Shown here: positions 1 to 11,472 of the stretch, piece by piece
Numbering within the stretch: position 1 is the stretch's first letter
How the letters are laid out: each line of letters opens with the position of its first letter
Assembly (NCBI GenBank): GCA_965242865.1
Contig: CBDETK010000013.1
Coordinates: 3,456,001-3,520,000, forward strand
DNA length: 64,000 nucleotides
Reading direction: 5' to 3'
From: Candidatus Latescibacterota bacterium
GTDB taxonomy: Bacteria > Latescibacterota > UBA2968 > UBA8231
The notes under the pieces: generated by a model
What the model was told of the DNA's origin: nothing
What the model saw: only the letters and a program-made list of their open reading frames with translations
Databases searched by the model: none
Program-made: the position numbers and the translations under genes

Positions 1-922
1 TGGCGTGCGGTGCGCCGGTGAGCACGGGAATGTCGAGCTCCTCGACGAGGGCTTGGACGCGGCCTCGGCAGCCGGTCCGACGCCCGGGATCGCACGGCAG
101 GGCGGTTTCCGGCCAAACGAGCAGCTCGGGGTCGCGCTTGGCCGCTTGGCGCGACAGGGTGGCGAGGGCCGAGAAACTGCGCTCCAGCCCATTTGGCCCC
201 CACTTGTCGGCGTAGGTGGTGTTCGGTTGGATCAGGCCGATGCGCAGGCCCTCGGCTGGGACCGCGGTCGCCAAGGCGCTTTGAGCGTGGAGCCAAGGCA
301 AGAGATAGCCCAAGGCAACGCCCCCGAGAAAGATGCGCCGCTCGACGAGGGCCAAATAGATCAGCGCGTTGAGGCCGACGACCCAGCAGGACACGCCAAA
401 GACCCCGGTCGCGGTGGCGTACTGGATGAAGTGGGGCAGGGCGGCTTGGCTGTGCCCCAGCAAGAGCCAAGGAAACCCCAGCTCCCCGAGCGAGAGCAGA
501 TACTCTTGCCCGGTCCACAACACAGGCAGCAGCGCGAGTGCCTTGGTGCCCCACCGGGTCGCGAACACGCAGAACAGCCCGGTGCAGAGGCCGGTAAAAA
601 GGCCCAAATAAGCGGCCATCAGTCCGGTGCCCGCGACGACCGCGGGGCCTCCGCCTTGGGTGAAGGCCACCCAGTACAGGGACAGCAGGTTCCAGACCAA
701 ACCGCTGATCCAGCCCGCGGCCAAGCCAGCTTTGAAGCCGCGATCTTTCAGGGCGAGCAGCAAAGGCACCAAGGCGCCATGGGCCCAGAGCGGATGATGG
801 AGAACGGCGAGCGGGTGATCCGGGTGGTTGGGAAAGGCCAGCGCGAGCAAGGCCCCGCTTAGTGCAGCGAGCAGCAGGCGATACCGCGGGGTTAGGGCTA
901 GGACGAGGCGCGAGTTAGACAT
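1..922 (-). CDS. lnt: Apolipoprotein N-acyltransferase, 5' part; runs off the window
   Basis: Not in the ORF track. Manual minus-strand translation from ATG 922: MSNSRLVLAL... many TM segments, GFPWLLLGHSQ, IGLIQPN, LLVWPETA, which are Lnt motifs. Confidence 0.9.
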   Translation of the reverse strand, partial: MSNSRLVLALTPRYRLLLAALSGALLALAFPNHPDHPLAVLHHPLWAHGALVPLLLALKDRGFKAGLAAGWISGLVWNLLSLYWVAFTQGGGPAVVAGTGLMAAYLGLFTGLCTGLFCVFATRWGTKALALLPVLWTGQEYLLSLGELGFPWLLLGHSQAALPHFIQYATATGVFGVSCWVVGLNALIYLALVERRIFLGGVALGYLLPWLHAQSALATAVPAEGLRIGLIQPNTTYADKWGPNGLERSFSALATLSRQAAKRDPELLVWPETALPCDPGRRTGCRGRVQALVEELDIPVLTGAPHA

Positions 923-981
923 CGGCAGTGGGGGGTAAGGTGCAACAATAATAGAAGGGAGGCCGGGGCCGAGCAAGGTGC

Positions 982-997
982 TGGCACGGATTGTGCT
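982..997 (+). promoter_or_regulatory. Putative sigma54 (-24/-12) promoter
   Basis: TGGCACGGATTGTGCT versus consensus TGGCACG-N4-TTGCW: one mismatch, GG and GC correctly spaced. Lies in the lnt-radC intergenic region. Confidence 0.6.
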
Positions 998-1100
998 TAT
1001 ACATTGGGTGCGTCTAGTGCTCGGGGTTCGTGGGGGCTAGACGCTACACTCGCGTGGTTTTTTTGCTACAGCTTTCGCTTTGCCCAAGGAGGAACGCGCC

Positions 1101-1820
1101 GTGCCAACGCAAACTCAGCCCATTGACTACGACTTTGCCGCCCGCATTGTGGGCGAGGGCCCGCCCACCCGCCCGGACGAGCTGCCGCGAGAGCGGCTGG
1201 CGCGCTTGGGGCCGCAGGCCCTCAAGGACCAAGAGCTGCTGGCCGTAGCTTTGGGGACGGGGTATCGCGGTCGGCCCGTGATGGACTTGGCCGAGAGCAT
1301 CCTCGCCGATTACCCCAAGGAATCGCTGGTGGACCTCGATTTGGGGCAATTGAGCCGGATCAAGGGGCTGGGCAAGGCCAAGGCCGGGGTCTTGGTCGCG
1401 GCGTTTGAACTGGCCCGCCGCGGGTTGCACAAGGGCTTGGGGGTGCGCCCGGTGATTAGTGCGCCCGGCGACGCGCTGTCCATGCTTTCCGACATCAAGG
1501 ACCAGCAGCGCGAGCACTTTCTCTGCCTGTATCTCAACGCCCGCAATCAGGTGATCCACAAGGAGGTCGTGTCCATCGGCAGTTTATCGTCGGCCATCGT
1601 GCATCCGCGCGAGGTTTTTCGCACGGCGGTTTCGCAGGCTGCGGCCAGCGTGATATTGGCGCACAACCATCCCTCCGGCGACGTGTCGCCCAGTCAGGAC
1701 GACATCAACCTGACGCGGCGCTTGGTGCAGGCCGGCGAGATCATGGGCATTGACGTGCTCGACCACCTCATCATCGGCAGCGACGATTTTCTCAGCTTGA
1801 AGGAGCGCGGCTTGATATGA
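1101..1820 (+). CDS. radC: RadC family JAB-domain protein
   Basis: PRERL N-terminus, HhH motif IKGLGKAKA, JAB motif VHPREVF...AHNHPSGD..PS..D, VLDHLII. GTG start after AAGGAGG. Confidence 0.95.
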   Translation: MPTQTQPIDYDFAARIVGEGPPTRPDELPRERLARLGPQALKDQELLAVALGTGYRGRPVMDLAESILADYPKESLVDLDLGQLSRIKGLGKAKAGVLVAAFELARRGLHKGLGVRPVISAPGDALSMLSDIKDQQREHFLCLYLNARNQVIHKEVVSIGSLSSAIVHPREVFRTAVSQAAASVILAHNHPSGDVSPSQDDINLTRRLVQAGEIMGIDVLDHLIIGSDDFLSLKERGLI

Positions 1821-1897
1821 AGAGCGAAAATTGTATTTGCTCGGCAAAAGCCTATATTACTGACGAGTGCAGCAATCTACACGAGGATACCCCAGCG

Positions 1898-2581
1898 ATG
1901 AAAGAAGAGAACAGCCACCTGATCCCGGTGTACATTTTCGACATGTACTCCTATCCAAACGCTGAGCAGGGTTTGGGCCTGCCGCAGAAGTACTTGGTTT
2001 TGCTCAAGGGCAAGGAAAACAGCGTAGTCCCCATCACGATCGGCCACTTTGAGGGCCAAGCCTTGGCGATGGCGGTCCGCAAAATCGCCTTGCCGCGCCC
2101 CCTGCCGCACGATCTGTTGTGCAACCTGCTCAAGCGAATTGACGCCGTGGTCCGCAAGCTGGTGGTCCACACCCTCAAAGAGGACGTTTTCCATGCGTAC
2201 CTGCTGGTCCAAGCCCAGGGCCAGTCCTTCTATCTCGACTGTCGCCCCAGCGACGGCATGATCGTGGCTACGCTCTTGGGCGTACCGCTCTTTCTAACCC
2301 CAGAGGTAATGGAGGCGGCCGGCCAGCCGCTGGAGCACTCCGACCCGCCCGAAGCGGCCAAAGAAGAACCAGCCCCGGCCCCCGAGGCGGCCCCGGAGGT
2401 GCTCGCCGAGGACAAAGGGGCCGCGAGGAAGGCGGAGGCGTTTGTGGACCCGCAGACCGGCGAGCCAATAAGCCAGTTGGAGCAGCTCAAGGCGCATTTA
2501 GATTGGCTCATCGCCCAAGAGGCCTACGAGCAGGCGGCCAAGGTCCGCGATCGCATCAGCGAACTGGAAGCCAAAGGCTGA
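1898..2581 (+). CDS. Bifunctional nuclease family (DUF151) protein with C-terminal UVR domain
   Basis: VPITIGHFEGQA, PRPLPHDL, DCRPSDG motifs; C-terminal EAYEQAAKVRDRI UVR motif. Confidence 0.88.
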   Translation: MKEENSHLIPVYIFDMYSYPNAEQGLGLPQKYLVLLKGKENSVVPITIGHFEGQALAMAVRKIALPRPLPHDLLCNLLKRIDAVVRKLVVHTLKEDVFHAYLLVQAQGQSFYLDCRPSDGMIVATLLGVPLFLTPEVMEAAGQPLEHSDPPEAAKEEPAPAPEAAPEVLAEDKGAARKAEAFVDPQTGEPISQLEQLKAHLDWLIAQEAYEQAAKVRDRISELEAKG

Positions 2582-2607
2582 AGGACGCGCTCGCCCGGCC
2601 GCGGTTG

Positions 2608-2650
2608 GACGCTCTTGCACTGCTGGTGTGGTGTAGGGGCGTTTTTATTA
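2608..2650 (+). terminator. Putative intrinsic terminator of radC-DUF151
   Basis: GACGCTCTTGCACTGC/GTGGTGTAGGGGCGTT stem that pairs (with G-U) only on the + strand, followed by a T-run. Confidence 0.5.
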
Positions 2651-2684
2651 GTACGCATTGTGCGAAACCGCATGGAACCCAACT

Positions 2685-3485
2685 CTACCAAGAAAGTTTC
2701 TCCGACAGGTTGTGAAAAAAGTACTTGTCGTCGAGGTAAATCAGCCGCGCCGTGTGTGCCGCTTGGCCGACATGCACCTCCTGCTCGGGCGCTAAACTGC
2801 ATATCTCGCGGCCATCGGCAATGAGTGCCACGCGGCTGTCCAAGGTCTCGGGGCTAACGCGCAACCGCACCCGCTTCTCGGCCGGCAGAATCAAGGTCCG
2901 CGACGTGAAGTTGTATTCGTTGATCCCGTCGAGCAACATGCAGCGCACTTCCGGCATGACCAGCGGCGCACCCATCGACAGCAACAACCCGGTGCTGCCC
3001 GTCGGCGTGCCAACGACCACGCCGTCGCCGCGAATGGTGCGGATTTTGGCGTCGTCCACAAAGACGTCTGTAGAGAGCATTTTGTGGTGCGCCCGCAAGG
3101 TCACTTCGTTGAAAACCAGACGCTCGCCCCCGGGGTGGCGGCAAGAGAGCACGAGACGCTCGCTGACGAAGTACTGGCCATCGACCAAAAGCTGGACGAT
3201 GCGCGCCAAGTCCTTGCGGTCTCCAGCGGTCAGAAAGCCGACCGTGCCGAAGTTGATCGCCAACACGGGCCGCTGCGGAAAGCGGGCAAAGGCGCGGAGC
3301 ACGGTGCCGTCGCCGCCGAGAGCGACGACCAAGTCTAGATCGTCCGGGTGTTCGTCGCCCTCAATAAAGCGCACCGCAATTCCATGCGCGGCAAATAGGT
3401 CGCGCACCTCAGCGACTGGATAGTCCAAATCCCGGTCGCGCGGCAGGACCCCGACCTTTTTGGGGGCGAGCGGCACCGACGCCAA
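2685..3485 (-). CDS. nadK: NAD(+) kinase
   Basis: LGGDGT, GTVGFL, NE and GDG..TPTGST motifs. Confidence 0.9.
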   Translation of the reverse strand: MASVPLAPKKVGVLPRDRDLDYPVAEVRDLFAAHGIAVRFIEGDEHPDDLDLVVALGGDGTVLRAFARFPQRPVLAINFGTVGFLTAGDRKDLARIVQLLVDGQYFVSERLVLSCRHPGGERLVFNEVTLRAHHKMLSTDVFVDDAKIRTIRGDGVVVGTPTGSTGLLLSMGAPLVMPEVRCMLLDGINEYNFTSRTLILPAEKRVRLRVSPETLDSRVALIADGREICSLAPEQEVHVGQAAHTARLIYLDDKYFFHNLSEKLSW

Positions 3486-3497
3486 TCTCGGAGGAGC

Positions 3498-4409
3498 CTA
3501 CTGGGCCCGCGCTTGTTTGCCGGCCTGGGCCTCGTACGCCTTGATCAGCGCCTGAGTGCCCTCTTCGGCGCAACCGGCGCGCTCGACGATGTTGAAAAAC
3601 TGGTGGGCGATGCTCGCGGCCGGCAGGGCCAGCTTGACATCGTTGGCCGCCTGCAAGACCAACCGCAGGTCCTTTTGCTGCAAATAGACCATGAAGCCCG
3701 GGTCAAAATCGCCCGCGGCAATGCGCGGCCCCAGATTGCTCAACTGCCAAGAGCCAGCCGCCCCCCCGCTGATGGCGTCAATGACCTTTTGCACGTCCAA
3801 GTCGGAGGTCGCGGCCAACATCAAGGCCTCGGCCATGGCCATGTTGTTGACCGACACCGCGATCTGGTTGCAGAGCTTGGTCGTCTGGCCGGCGCCGTTG
3901 GGGCCGATCAAGTTGATGTTGGTGCCCATCGCCTCAAAGACCGGCAGGCAGTGGTTAAAAACGGCCTCGTCGCCGCCGACCATGATCGATAGGGTGCCAT
4001 TGATCGCGCCTACATCTCCGCCGCTGACGGGCGCGTCGAGCATGGCCGCGCCTCGTTCTTGCAAGGCCGCGGCCACCTCGCGGGTGCTTTTGGGCGAAAC
4101 CGTGCTCATGTCGATGACGATCTCGCCCTGTTTGACGCCGTGAATCGCGCCCTCCTCGCCCACGAGCACGGCCTCCATATCGGGCGTGTCCGTGACGATG
4201 CTGACAACGACATCCGCCCCGGTCGCCGCGGCCTTGGGCGAGCCAACGCGCACGCCGCCAGCCGCGACCACCTCGTCGACGCGCGGCCGGTCGCTGCGGT
4301 TATAGACCTTGAGTGAATAACCGGCTTGGAGCAAGTTTTTTGCCATGGGCGCGCCCATGATCCCCAAGCCGATAAAGCCGATTTGCGTTTGCCCCGGTGC
4401 TGCTGCCAT
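3498..4409 (-). CDS. 2-hydroxy-3-oxopropionate reductase / 3-hydroxyisobutyrate dehydrogenase family
   Basis: IGFIGLGIMGAPMA, DAPVSGG, KLCNQ motifs. Confidence 0.88.
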   Translation of the reverse strand: MAAAPGQTQIGFIGLGIMGAPMAKNLLQAGYSLKVYNRSDRPRVDEVVAAGGVRVGSPKAAATGADVVVSIVTDTPDMEAVLVGEEGAIHGVKQGEIVIDMSTVSPKSTREVAAALQERGAAMLDAPVSGGDVGAINGTLSIMVGGDEAVFNHCLPVFEAMGTNINLIGPNGAGQTTKLCNQIAVSVNNMAMAEALMLAATSDLDVQKVIDAISGGAAGSWQLSNLGPRIAAGDFDPGFMVYLQQKDLRLVLQAANDVKLALPAASIAHQFFNIVERAGCAEEGTQALIKAYEAQAGKQARAQ

Positions 4410-4428
4410 GGTCTTCTCCCTGCTAAAG

Positions 4429-6243
4429 CTAAAAGGTGAAAAAGCGATGTCGGTTGTCTTCAATTTCGGCCGTCTCGTACAGGTGCGCGAACCAGTTCTG
4501 CACGGCCTCTTGCGTGCGCTGGGCCTGAAGCTGAGCGACGATTTGCGTACGCTGCTCGGAGAATTGCTCCTCGTCGATCGGCGTCTTTTCCAGCAGCTTC
4601 AGCAGGTACGCGCCGCGCGGGCTGCCCTCGGCGACTTCGATCACTGCGCTGAGCTGGCCCTCTTCCAAGCGGAAGGCCGCGCCGATCACTGCGTTGCCGC
4701 GGCCTAGCCCCACCACCGATTCGGTGCGCGCAAACCCCTCCGGGGCATGCCACTCCAGCCCGGCGTTTTGGGCGGCCGCGGCCAAGGTGGCCCCGGCCTT
4801 GACTTCCCGCCGCACGGCCGCTAGCCGAGCCGCGGCACCTGCGGCCTTTTTGCGCGCCCGCACCAACGGCTCGAGCTGGTCCCTTAGCTCGTCTAAGGAG
4901 GCCGTGCCCGCCGGGCGTTTGGCCACTAGATGGGCGACCCACAGCCCGGAGTCGTCCTCAACGACTTGGCTGACCGCGCCGAGTTCCTGCTCAAAAAATC
5001 GGTTGACGAGCCAAGTCGTGTTCGCGCTAAGGCCCGGCACAGCTTGGCTCTTTTGCAGGAAGTTCGTGGCGGTCGCCTCCATACCGGAAGCCGCGAGCGC
5101 GGCCGCAAACCCCTCGGCCTCGGCCTGCTCTTGCAAGGCTTCGGCCCGGCCGCGCAGGCTATCCTCGGTCGCCCGCGAGGGCTGGTATCTGAGCAGGATG
5201 TGGCGGGCATGCACCTGCTCCTCGCCGTTTTCCGCCAAGCGTTCTTCCACCTTGATCAGATGCCAGCCATAGCGCGTCTGCACGGGCTCGGACAGTTCGC
5301 CAGCGGCCAAGGCAAAGGCCGCTTCCTCAAAGGGCGCGACCATCCGACCGCGACCGAAAAAGCCGAGGTCGCCGCCTTGAGCGGCCGAGCCTTCGTCGTC
5401 GGAGACCACCGCGGCCAACTCGGCGAAATCCTCGCCAGCCTCAATCTCTTGGCGCAGGCGGCCAATCTCCGCTTTGAGCTCCAGCGAATCCGCTGCGCTG
5501 GCCACCTTGGGAAAGTGCGCGTACTCCAGCTTTACTTGCTCGGGGTGCTCGTAGTCGGCTGCGTTTTCTTGGTAGTAGGCCGCCAAATCTTCGTCGGTGA
5601 CCTCAACCTCGTCATCCGCAACCGGGGCAAAGGCGTATTCGACGCGCACCTTTTCGTTGGCCTCGGCAAAGTACTGGCGCACCTCGTTGGGACTCACCGG
5701 CGCAGTGCCCTGCAGCAGCCGCTGGAGCCGGTAATCGAGCCGTTGCCGCTCAACCGAGCTCTCGATCCACAGGACTAAGGCTTGGTTGTTGGGATCGCTG
5801 AGATTGGCCGGATTGCCGATGAACTGGGCGTACTGGTCCGGGTCGAACGCGCCGTCGGTCATAAAACGCTCGAACTCGCGCACGGCCGGCGGCGGCTGAT
5901 TCCGCGTGTAAAAGGCAATCTCCCCGTCGGTCACCTCAAACCCCAAGCGCTCGTACTCTTGATTCAGAATGATCTCGCGGACGTAGTGGTCCCATACCTG
6001 TTGCACGAGTAGGGCCTGGTCGGCGCGCTGGTCTTGCGGCAGCTGGCGTGCGACCCGCCGCAGCGCGTCTTGGAACTCTCGCAGCGAAATGGTCTCGCCA
6101 TTGATCACGCCGACCGTATCGCCGGCATCGTTGGCGCCCGCCCCCGAGTAATCGGCCCCCCACTCGACCACGATCAAGCCGATGAAGGCGAAGATCACAA
6201 ACCACAGGACGAGCACCGTCTTTTGGCGCAACAAAGTCATCAT
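4429..6243 (-). CDS. ppiD: PpiD/SurA-type membrane-anchored parvulin peptidyl-prolyl isomerase
   Basis: N-terminal TM, SurA_N region, parvulin motif [33 protein letters not shown]. Confidence 0.85.
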   Translation of the reverse strand: MMTLLRQKTVLVLWFVIFAFIGLIVVEWGADYSGAGANDAGDTVGVINGETISLREFQDALRRVARQLPQDQRADQALLVQQVWDHYVREIILNQEYERLGFEVTDGEIAFYTRNQPPPAVREFERFMTDGAFDPDQYAQFIGNPANLSDPNNQALVLWIESSVERQRLDYRLQRLLQGTAPVSPNEVRQYFAEANEKVRVEYAFAPVADDEVEVTDEDLAAYYQENAADYEHPEQVKLEYAHFPKVASAADSLELKAEIGRLRQEIEAGEDFAELAAVVSDDEGSAAQGGDLGFFGRGRMVAPFEEAAFALAAGELSEPVQTRYGWHLIKVEERLAENGEEQVHARHILLRYQPSRATEDSLRGRAEALQEQAEAEGFAAALAASGMEATATNFLQKSQAVPGLSANTTWLVNRFFEQELGAVSQVVEDDSGLWVAHLVAKRPAGTASLDELRDQLEPLVRARKKAAGAAARLAAVRREVKAGATLAAAAQNAGLEWHAPEGFARTESVVGLGRGNAVIGAAFRLEEGQLSAVIEVAEGSPRGAYLLKLLEKTPIDEEQFSEQRTQIVAQLQAQRTQEAVQNWFAHLYETAEIEDNRHRFFTF

Positions 6244-6260
6244 AAGCTGTATTTCTCCTG

Positions 6261-7289
6261 CTACCTTGCGGTTTTTTCGTTGGCTTTAGCAGCCAGCCGG
6301 TTTTTTAGCTCCGCCGGATAGCGGAGCAGACAGGCCGTACAGTGGCCATCGCCCAGATCGACGAGGTGCGGCACGACGCGGGTGCAGATGGCTTCGCGCT
6401 CTGGGCAGCGCGGGTGAAAGGCGCATCCCGCGGGCACGGCCGCCGGATTGGGCGCGTCCCCGGCCAATAGGGCGCGCGGCCGCTTGGTTTGCGGGTCGGG
6501 CGCGGGCACGGCCGCGAGCAGGGCGCGCGTATAGGGATGGGACGGCTGGCGGTAGAGCTGATCGCGCGCTGCCACCTCAACTACGCGCCCCAAGTACATC
6601 ACGGCCACCCGGTCGGAGATGTGGCGCACCACGCTCAAGTCGTGGGCAATAAACATATAGGTCAAGCCCAAATCGCGCTGTAAGTCTTGCAGCAAATTGA
6701 TGATCTGGGCCTGCACGGAGACGTCCAGTGCCGACACGGGCTCGTCCGCGACGATGAACTGCGGCCGCACCGCCAAGGCGCGGGCAATGCCAATGCGCTG
6801 GCGCTGACCGCCGGAAAACTCGTGCGGGTAGCGCCGCGCACAATCGGCCGGCAACCCGACCATGGCCAACAATTCCCCCACGCGCTCGGCCAACTCAGCG
6901 CGCTCGGCGAGCTGGTGGACCTTGAGGGCCTCGCCGATGATGCCGCCCACCGTCATCCGCGGGTTGAGCGACGCGTACGGGTCTTGAAAGATGATCTGCA
7001 TGTCCCGCCGCTGCCGCCGCATGGCCTCCTCGCCCAATCCCAGCAGGTCAACGCCGGCAAAGAGCACCTGCCCGGCCGTGGCCTCAATGAGCCGCAACAT
7101 GAGCCGGCCCAGCGTGGTCTTGCCGCACCCGCTTTCGCCGACTACGCCCAAGGTTTCGCCGCGCCCAATCGCCAGATCGACCCCATCGACGGCCTTGACG
7201 TGGGCCTGCACCCGGCCCCAAAGCCCGCGGCGCACGGGAAAGTGTTTTTTCAGTCCCTTGACCTCGACCAAGGGCGCGGCTTGGCTCAT
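6261..7289 (-). CDS. oppF: Oligo/dipeptide ABC transporter ATP-binding subunit (OppF/DppF)
   Basis: [35 protein letters not shown], Cys-rich C-terminal domain. Confidence 0.9.
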   Translation of the reverse strand: MSQAAPLVEVKGLKKHFPVRRGLWGRVQAHVKAVDGVDLAIGRGETLGVVGESGCGKTTLGRLMLRLIEATAGQVLFAGVDLLGLGEEAMRRQRRDMQIIFQDPYASLNPRMTVGGIIGEALKVHQLAERAELAERVGELLAMVGLPADCARRYPHEFSGGQRQRIGIARALAVRPQFIVADEPVSALDVSVQAQIINLLQDLQRDLGLTYMFIAHDLSVVRHISDRVAVMYLGRVVEVAARDQLYRQPSHPYTRALLAAVPAPDPQTKRPRALLAGDAPNPAAVPAGCAFHPRCPEREAICTRVVPHLVDLGDGHCTACLLRYPAELKNRLAAKANEKTAR

Positions 7290-8266
7290 GGGGCTTCCGC
7301 CTTCCAACAGCTCGCCCAATGCCCGCTCGCCACCTCCGCTAAGGCCGGCGCTTCAACCCGACAGCGGGCGTCGGCCAGCGGGCAGCGCGGGGCAAAGCGG
7401 CATCCCGGCGGAAAAGCGCGAGCGTCGGGCACCGCGCCCGGGATGATGTCTAACCGCTCCTGCGCGTCGTCCAGCCGCGGTATCGAGCGCAGCAACCCGC
7501 GCGTATAAGGGTGCTGCGGGCGGGCGAAAAGCGCGGGCGTTGCCGCGTATTCGACGATTTGGCCCGCGTACATCACCGCCACTTGATCGGCGGTCTCGGC
7601 GATCACCCCTAAGTCGTGCGTGATCAGCACAATCGCCATTTGCAGGGATTGTTGCAGCGACTCCAACAGCGCGAGAATCTGCGCTTGGATGGTCACGTCG
7701 AGGGCCGTGGTCGGCTCGTCGGCAATCAGCACCTCTGGATTGCACGACAGGGCCATGGCGATCATCACCCGCTGGCGCATCCCGCCCGACAGCTGGTGGG
7801 GGTATTCGCCGCTCCGCTGTTCGGGCGCGGGAATGCCCACCCGCTCTAGCATCTCGACCGCCCGGGCGTCCGCTTCCTGCTTGGGAACCTGCTGGTGCAA
7901 GACGACCGCCTCGGCGATCTGGAACCCGCAGGTCAGCACCGGGTTGAGGCTCGTCATAGGCTCTTGAAAAATCATCGCGATGTCGTCGCCGCGCACTCGG
8001 CGCATCTGCTCCTCGTCCAGCGCGAGCAAGTCGCGCCCCTTGAGCAGGATCTGCCCGGCCTCAATCCGACCCGGCGGATCGGGCACCAAGCGCATGATCG
8101 AGAAGGCACTGACGCTCTTGCCGCAGCCGCTTTCCCCGACCAATCCCAGCGTTTGGCCCCGCCCCACCGCAAACGACACCCCATCGACGGCGCGGGCGAT
8201 GCCCTCTTCCGTGTGGAAGTAGGTCCGCAAGTCGCGGACTTCCAATACGGGGTCCTGTGCGATCAT
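7286..8266 (-). CDS. oppD: Oligo/dipeptide ABC transporter ATP-binding subunit (OppD/DppD)
   Basis: [34 protein letters not shown]. Start MIAQDP overlaps the upstream stop. Confidence 0.9.
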   Translation of the reverse strand: MIAQDPVLEVRDLRTYFHTEEGIARAVDGVSFAVGRGQTLGLVGESGCGKSVSAFSIMRLVPDPPGRIEAGQILLKGRDLLALDEEQMRRVRGDDIAMIFQEPMTSLNPVLTCGFQIAEAVVLHQQVPKQEADARAVEMLERVGIPAPEQRSGEYPHQLSGGMRQRVMIAMALSCNPEVLIADEPTTALDVTIQAQILALLESLQQSLQMAIVLITHDLGVIAETADQVAVMYAGQIVEYAATPALFARPQHPYTRGLLRSIPRLDDAQERLDIIPGAVPDARAFPPGCRFAPRCPLADARCRVEAPALAEVASGHWASCWKAEAP

Positions 8267-9042
8267 GCGCGGCCCCCTTCCCAAGCCGCCGCCCGGCGCA
8301 CTTCGTCGGCGGCCAGTGCGCCCCAGCGCATGGGGGCGTCGAGCTGACGCCGAAAGCCCTCGACTAGGCAATTGACCAGCTCGGCCCGGTCGATGGGCCG
8401 CCCCAAGCAGGCTTGCAAATCCGTGCTGTGGGCTCGCAGCTGTCGGGTCCATGCTTGCCGCGTCCCCTCGTCGAGCCGCATGAGTTGCGGCAGGCGCTCG
8501 TGCGCCCGGCCGAGCAGGATGGACCCGTGTTGGAGCAAGCGGCGTCCGTAGCGCCGCTGGGCGCTGCCGACCAATTTGCGCTGCTGACACTTGAGCTCCC
8601 AGCGTGCGGTGCGGCCAAAACAAGGGGCCGCCCGGGAAGGTCCCACGCCGTGACCGGCCCGCTCCAGCTCGACCGGAGCCCCGAAAAGCCGCAGCCCTGC
8701 GGCCAAACACGCGCCGATCGCGCGGTGCGTAGCCTCTACCCGCCCGCCCGCGCCGAGGGCCTCGACGCAGCAGGCCACACTGTAGGTCAATTCCTCCCAG
8801 TGCAGGACCGCCCGCCCGCCCGTGGGCCGGCGCACCACGTCAATGCCCAGTGCGCGACAGGCTTCTACATCGGCTGTGTACTCGGGCTGCTGATTCCAGC
8901 CGCAGGAGACGGCCGGCGGATCCCAGCCGTAGAAGCGCAGCACCGGGCCTTGGGCCGCGTCCGCAGCGAGGACCTGATCAACGCCCATGTTGAACGCGCC
9001 GCAGTTGGACCCCGTATCGACGACGCGCCAAGCGAGGCCCAT
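8263..9042 (-). CDS. Lipoate-protein ligase / LipM-like octanoyltransferase
   Basis: [37 protein letters not shown]. Confidence 0.85.
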   Translation of the reverse strand: MGLAWRVVDTGSNCGAFNMGVDQVLAADAAQGPVLRFYGWDPPAVSCGWNQQPEYTADVEACRALGIDVVRRPTGGRAVLHWEELTYSVACCVEALGAGGRVEATHRAIGACLAAGLRLFGAPVELERAGHGVGPSRAAPCFGRTARWELKCQQRKLVGSAQRRYGRRLLQHGSILLGRAHERLPQLMRLDEGTRQAWTRQLRAHSTDLQACLGRPIDRAELVNCLVEGFRRQLDAPMRWGALAADEVRRAAAWEGGRA

Positions 9043-9800
9043 TAGAGCGCGTCCAAACTCTCGAGGGCGTCCTTGGCCGCCCGCTGTTGTGCCTCCTTCT
9101 TGCTCCGCCCTCGGCCCCAGCCCAGGCGTCGGCCCGTGATGCACACTTCGACGATGAAGAGCTTGTCGTGGTCTGGCCCCTCCTCGTCGTGAACCAAGTA
9201 GCGGGGGGGGCCATTGCCCATGCTCTGCGAGTATTCGAGCAACTTGCTCTTAAAGTTGAAGGTCGCGTCCTGTTGGACTATTTGGCGAAAATCCGCGAGC
9301 ACCGCGCGCTGGACAAAGGCGCGGGCCGCCTCTAACCCCCCGTCGAGGTAAATCGCCCCAATCAGCGCCTCCAACGTGTCGCAGAGAATCGATGGCCGCT
9401 GGCCGCCGTTGGCCCCGCGCTCATCTACACTCAGCAACACAAAGGTCCCCACGCCGAGGAGCTTGGCTTGCTGAGCCAGCACCGTGCGGCTGACCAACTG
9501 CGACTTCATCTGGGTCAACTCGCCCTCGCCCTTGTCCGCAAAGCGGCGAAACAGGAATTCGGTGACCAACAGCTCTAGCACGGCGTCGCCTAAAAATTCG
9601 AGCCGCTCGTTCGACTCGAGGCGGTCGCGGCCCTCCTCCACGTACACGTAAGACCGATGCTTGAGGGCCTTGACCAACAAACGCTCGTCCTTGAAACAGT
9701 AGCCCAACCGATGCTCGAGGGCGCGGTGCGTACCCGCGGTACCCCCTCGTCGGTGGCTCGCCGACTTGCAGCGATTCCACAGGGTCGAAATCCAGCTCAT
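9042..9800 (-). CDS. rnc: Ribonuclease III
   Basis: NERLEFLGDAVL signature plus dsRBD (GPDH...KKEAQQRAA). Confidence 0.95.
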   Translation of the reverse strand: MSWISTLWNRCKSASHRRGGTAGTHRALEHRLGYCFKDERLLVKALKHRSYVYVEEGRDRLESNERLEFLGDAVLELLVTEFLFRRFADKGEGELTQMKSQLVSRTVLAQQAKLLGVGTFVLLSVDERGANGGQRPSILCDTLEALIGAIYLDGGLEAARAFVQRAVLADFRQIVQQDATFNFKSKLLEYSQSMGNGPPRYLVHDEEGPDHDKLFIVEVCITGRRLGWGRGRSKKEAQQRAAKDALESLDAL

Positions 9801-9865
9801 CTGCCTAATACCCGATTGAAAACCTCGTTTGCACGGGGAGTGCTCGGGGAATACTGGGGAGGGCG

Positions 9866-11125
9866 TCAGCCGGCCAAGCGACCAAACACCAGCGCCACGT
9901 TGTGGCCGCCAAAGCCAAAGGAATTGTTGAGGGCGTAGGTTATCGGTGCGCGGCGCGCCTCGTTGGGCACGTAGTCGAGGTCGCATTCGGGGTCGGGGTT
10001 TTCGTAGTTGATCGTCGGCGGCAGCACCCCGCTTTTGAGTGCCATGATGCAGGCGATGCTCTCAATCGCCCCGGCCGCGCCCAACAGATGCCCGGTCATG
10101 GACTTGGTCGAACTTACGGCCAAGCGGTCGGTGTGGCCGGCAAAGACCGCCTTGAGCGCCGCGGTCTCCTGCTGGTCGCCCATGGGCGTTGAGGTGCCGT
10201 GGGCATTGACGTACCCAATGTCGCTCGGGGCCAAGCCCCCGTCTTGCAGGGCGATGCGCATGGCCCGCGCCCCGCCCTCGGCCCCGGGCGCCATGGCCGT
10301 CTGGTGGTAGGCGTCGGCCGTAAAACCCAGCCCGAGAACCTCGCCGTACATCTCGGCCCCGCGCTGCTGGGCGTGCTCCAATTCCTCCAAGATGACGGCC
10401 CCGGCCCCTTCGCCGAGCACGAAGCCATCGCGCTCGGCGTCAAAGGGCCGGCTGGCCCGCTCGGGCTCGTGGTTGCGCGTCGATAGGGCCTTGGCCGAGG
10501 AAAAGCCGGCCATGGAAATGGGCGTGACGGCCGCTTCCGAGCCGCCGGTCACCATCACGTCGGCTTCCCCGTACTGAATTTTGCGTGCGGACTCGCCCAA
10601 GGCATGGGCGGCCGACGAGCAGGCCGACACCGTGGCGTAGTTCGGCCCTTTGGCCCCCAACTCCATGGAAATCACGCCCGGGGCCATGTCGGAGATCATC
10701 ATGGGCACGTAGAACGGGCTGACGCGCTTGGGGCCTTTTTCCATCAGGATGGTGTGCTGGTCTTCGTGGGTCTGAATCCCGCCGATGCCCGACCCCCATA
10801 TCACGCCCACGCGCTCGGGGTCAACCGCGTCCATGTCGAGCCGGGCGCGGCGAGCCGCCTCTTTGGCCACGCAGACCGCGTAGTGCGTAAAGGCGTCGTT
10901 GCGGCGCGCATCCTTGCGGTCCATGACCGCTTCCGGGTCGAAGTTTTTGACCTCGGCCGCGATCGCGGTCCGGTGTTGGGAGGCGTCGAACTTGGTGATC
11001 GGGCCGACTCCGCTGCGGCCGGCGAGGAGCGCGTCCCAGAACGTCGGCAGGTCGTTGCCATTGGGAGCTAAGACCCCCAAGCCGGTGACGACGGCTCTGC
11101 GCCTTTGCACTGGAGCCTCGCTCAC
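9866..11125 (-). CDS. fabF: Beta-ketoacyl-ACP synthase II
   Basis: SACSS catalytic Cys, [22 protein letters not shown]. Confidence 0.96.
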   Translation of the reverse strand: MSEAPVQRRRAVVTGLGVLAPNGNDLPTFWDALLAGRSGVGPITKFDASQHRTAIAAEVKNFDPEAVMDRKDARRNDAFTHYAVCVAKEAARRARLDMDAVDPERVGVIWGSGIGGIQTHEDQHTILMEKGPKRVSPFYVPMMISDMAPGVISMELGAKGPNYATVSACSSAAHALGESARKIQYGEADVMVTGGSEAAVTPISMAGFSSAKALSTRNHEPERASRPFDAERDGFVLGEGAGAVILEELEHAQQRGAEMYGEVLGLGFTADAYHQTAMAPGAEGGARAMRIALQDGGLAPSDIGYVNAHGTSTPMGDQQETAALKAVFAGHTDRLAVSSTKSMTGHLLGAAGAIESIACIMALKSGVLPPTINYENPDPECDLDYVPNEARRAPITYALNNSFGFGGHNVALVFGRLAG

Positions 11126-11361
11126 GCCTTGCTGTTTTCTTCTAGGTACTTAATCGCGTCGGCTACGACGAGCATCTTCTCGGCGTCCTCGTCCGGGATG
11201 TCGATCCCGAATTCATCTTCAAAGGCCATGACCAGCTCGACCTGATCGAGCGAATCGGCCCCCAAATCGTCGATAAACGATGCTTGGGGATTTACTTGCT
11301 CTTGGCTCACGCCGAGTCCTTCGACGATCACATCTCGCACGCGCTCTTCAATAGAAGCCAT
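11122..11361 (-). CDS. acpP: Acyl carrier protein
   Basis: DLGADSLD phosphopantetheine attachment motif. Confidence 0.97.
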   Translation of the reverse strand: MASIEERVRDVIVEGLGVSQEQVNPQASFIDDLGADSLDQVELVMAFEDEFGIDIPDEDAEKMLVVADAIKYLEENSKA

Positions 11362-11472
11362 GGTGGGTTCCTCTTGGGCTAGGAGTAAACAATTGGCACC
11401 GCTGCGGCCACGGGCCGGCGGCTCTAAAAATTAGGGTCTTAATATAGGCGATGGGCGAATTTTTGCTGGCGA

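Noticed and set aside
5-862. 285-aa + strand ORF
   Set aside because: Antisense shadow of lnt.
1101-1820. radC as a marker of an integrative element
   Set aside because: Full-length chromosomal-type RadC with HhH; no integrase or mobility genes nearby.
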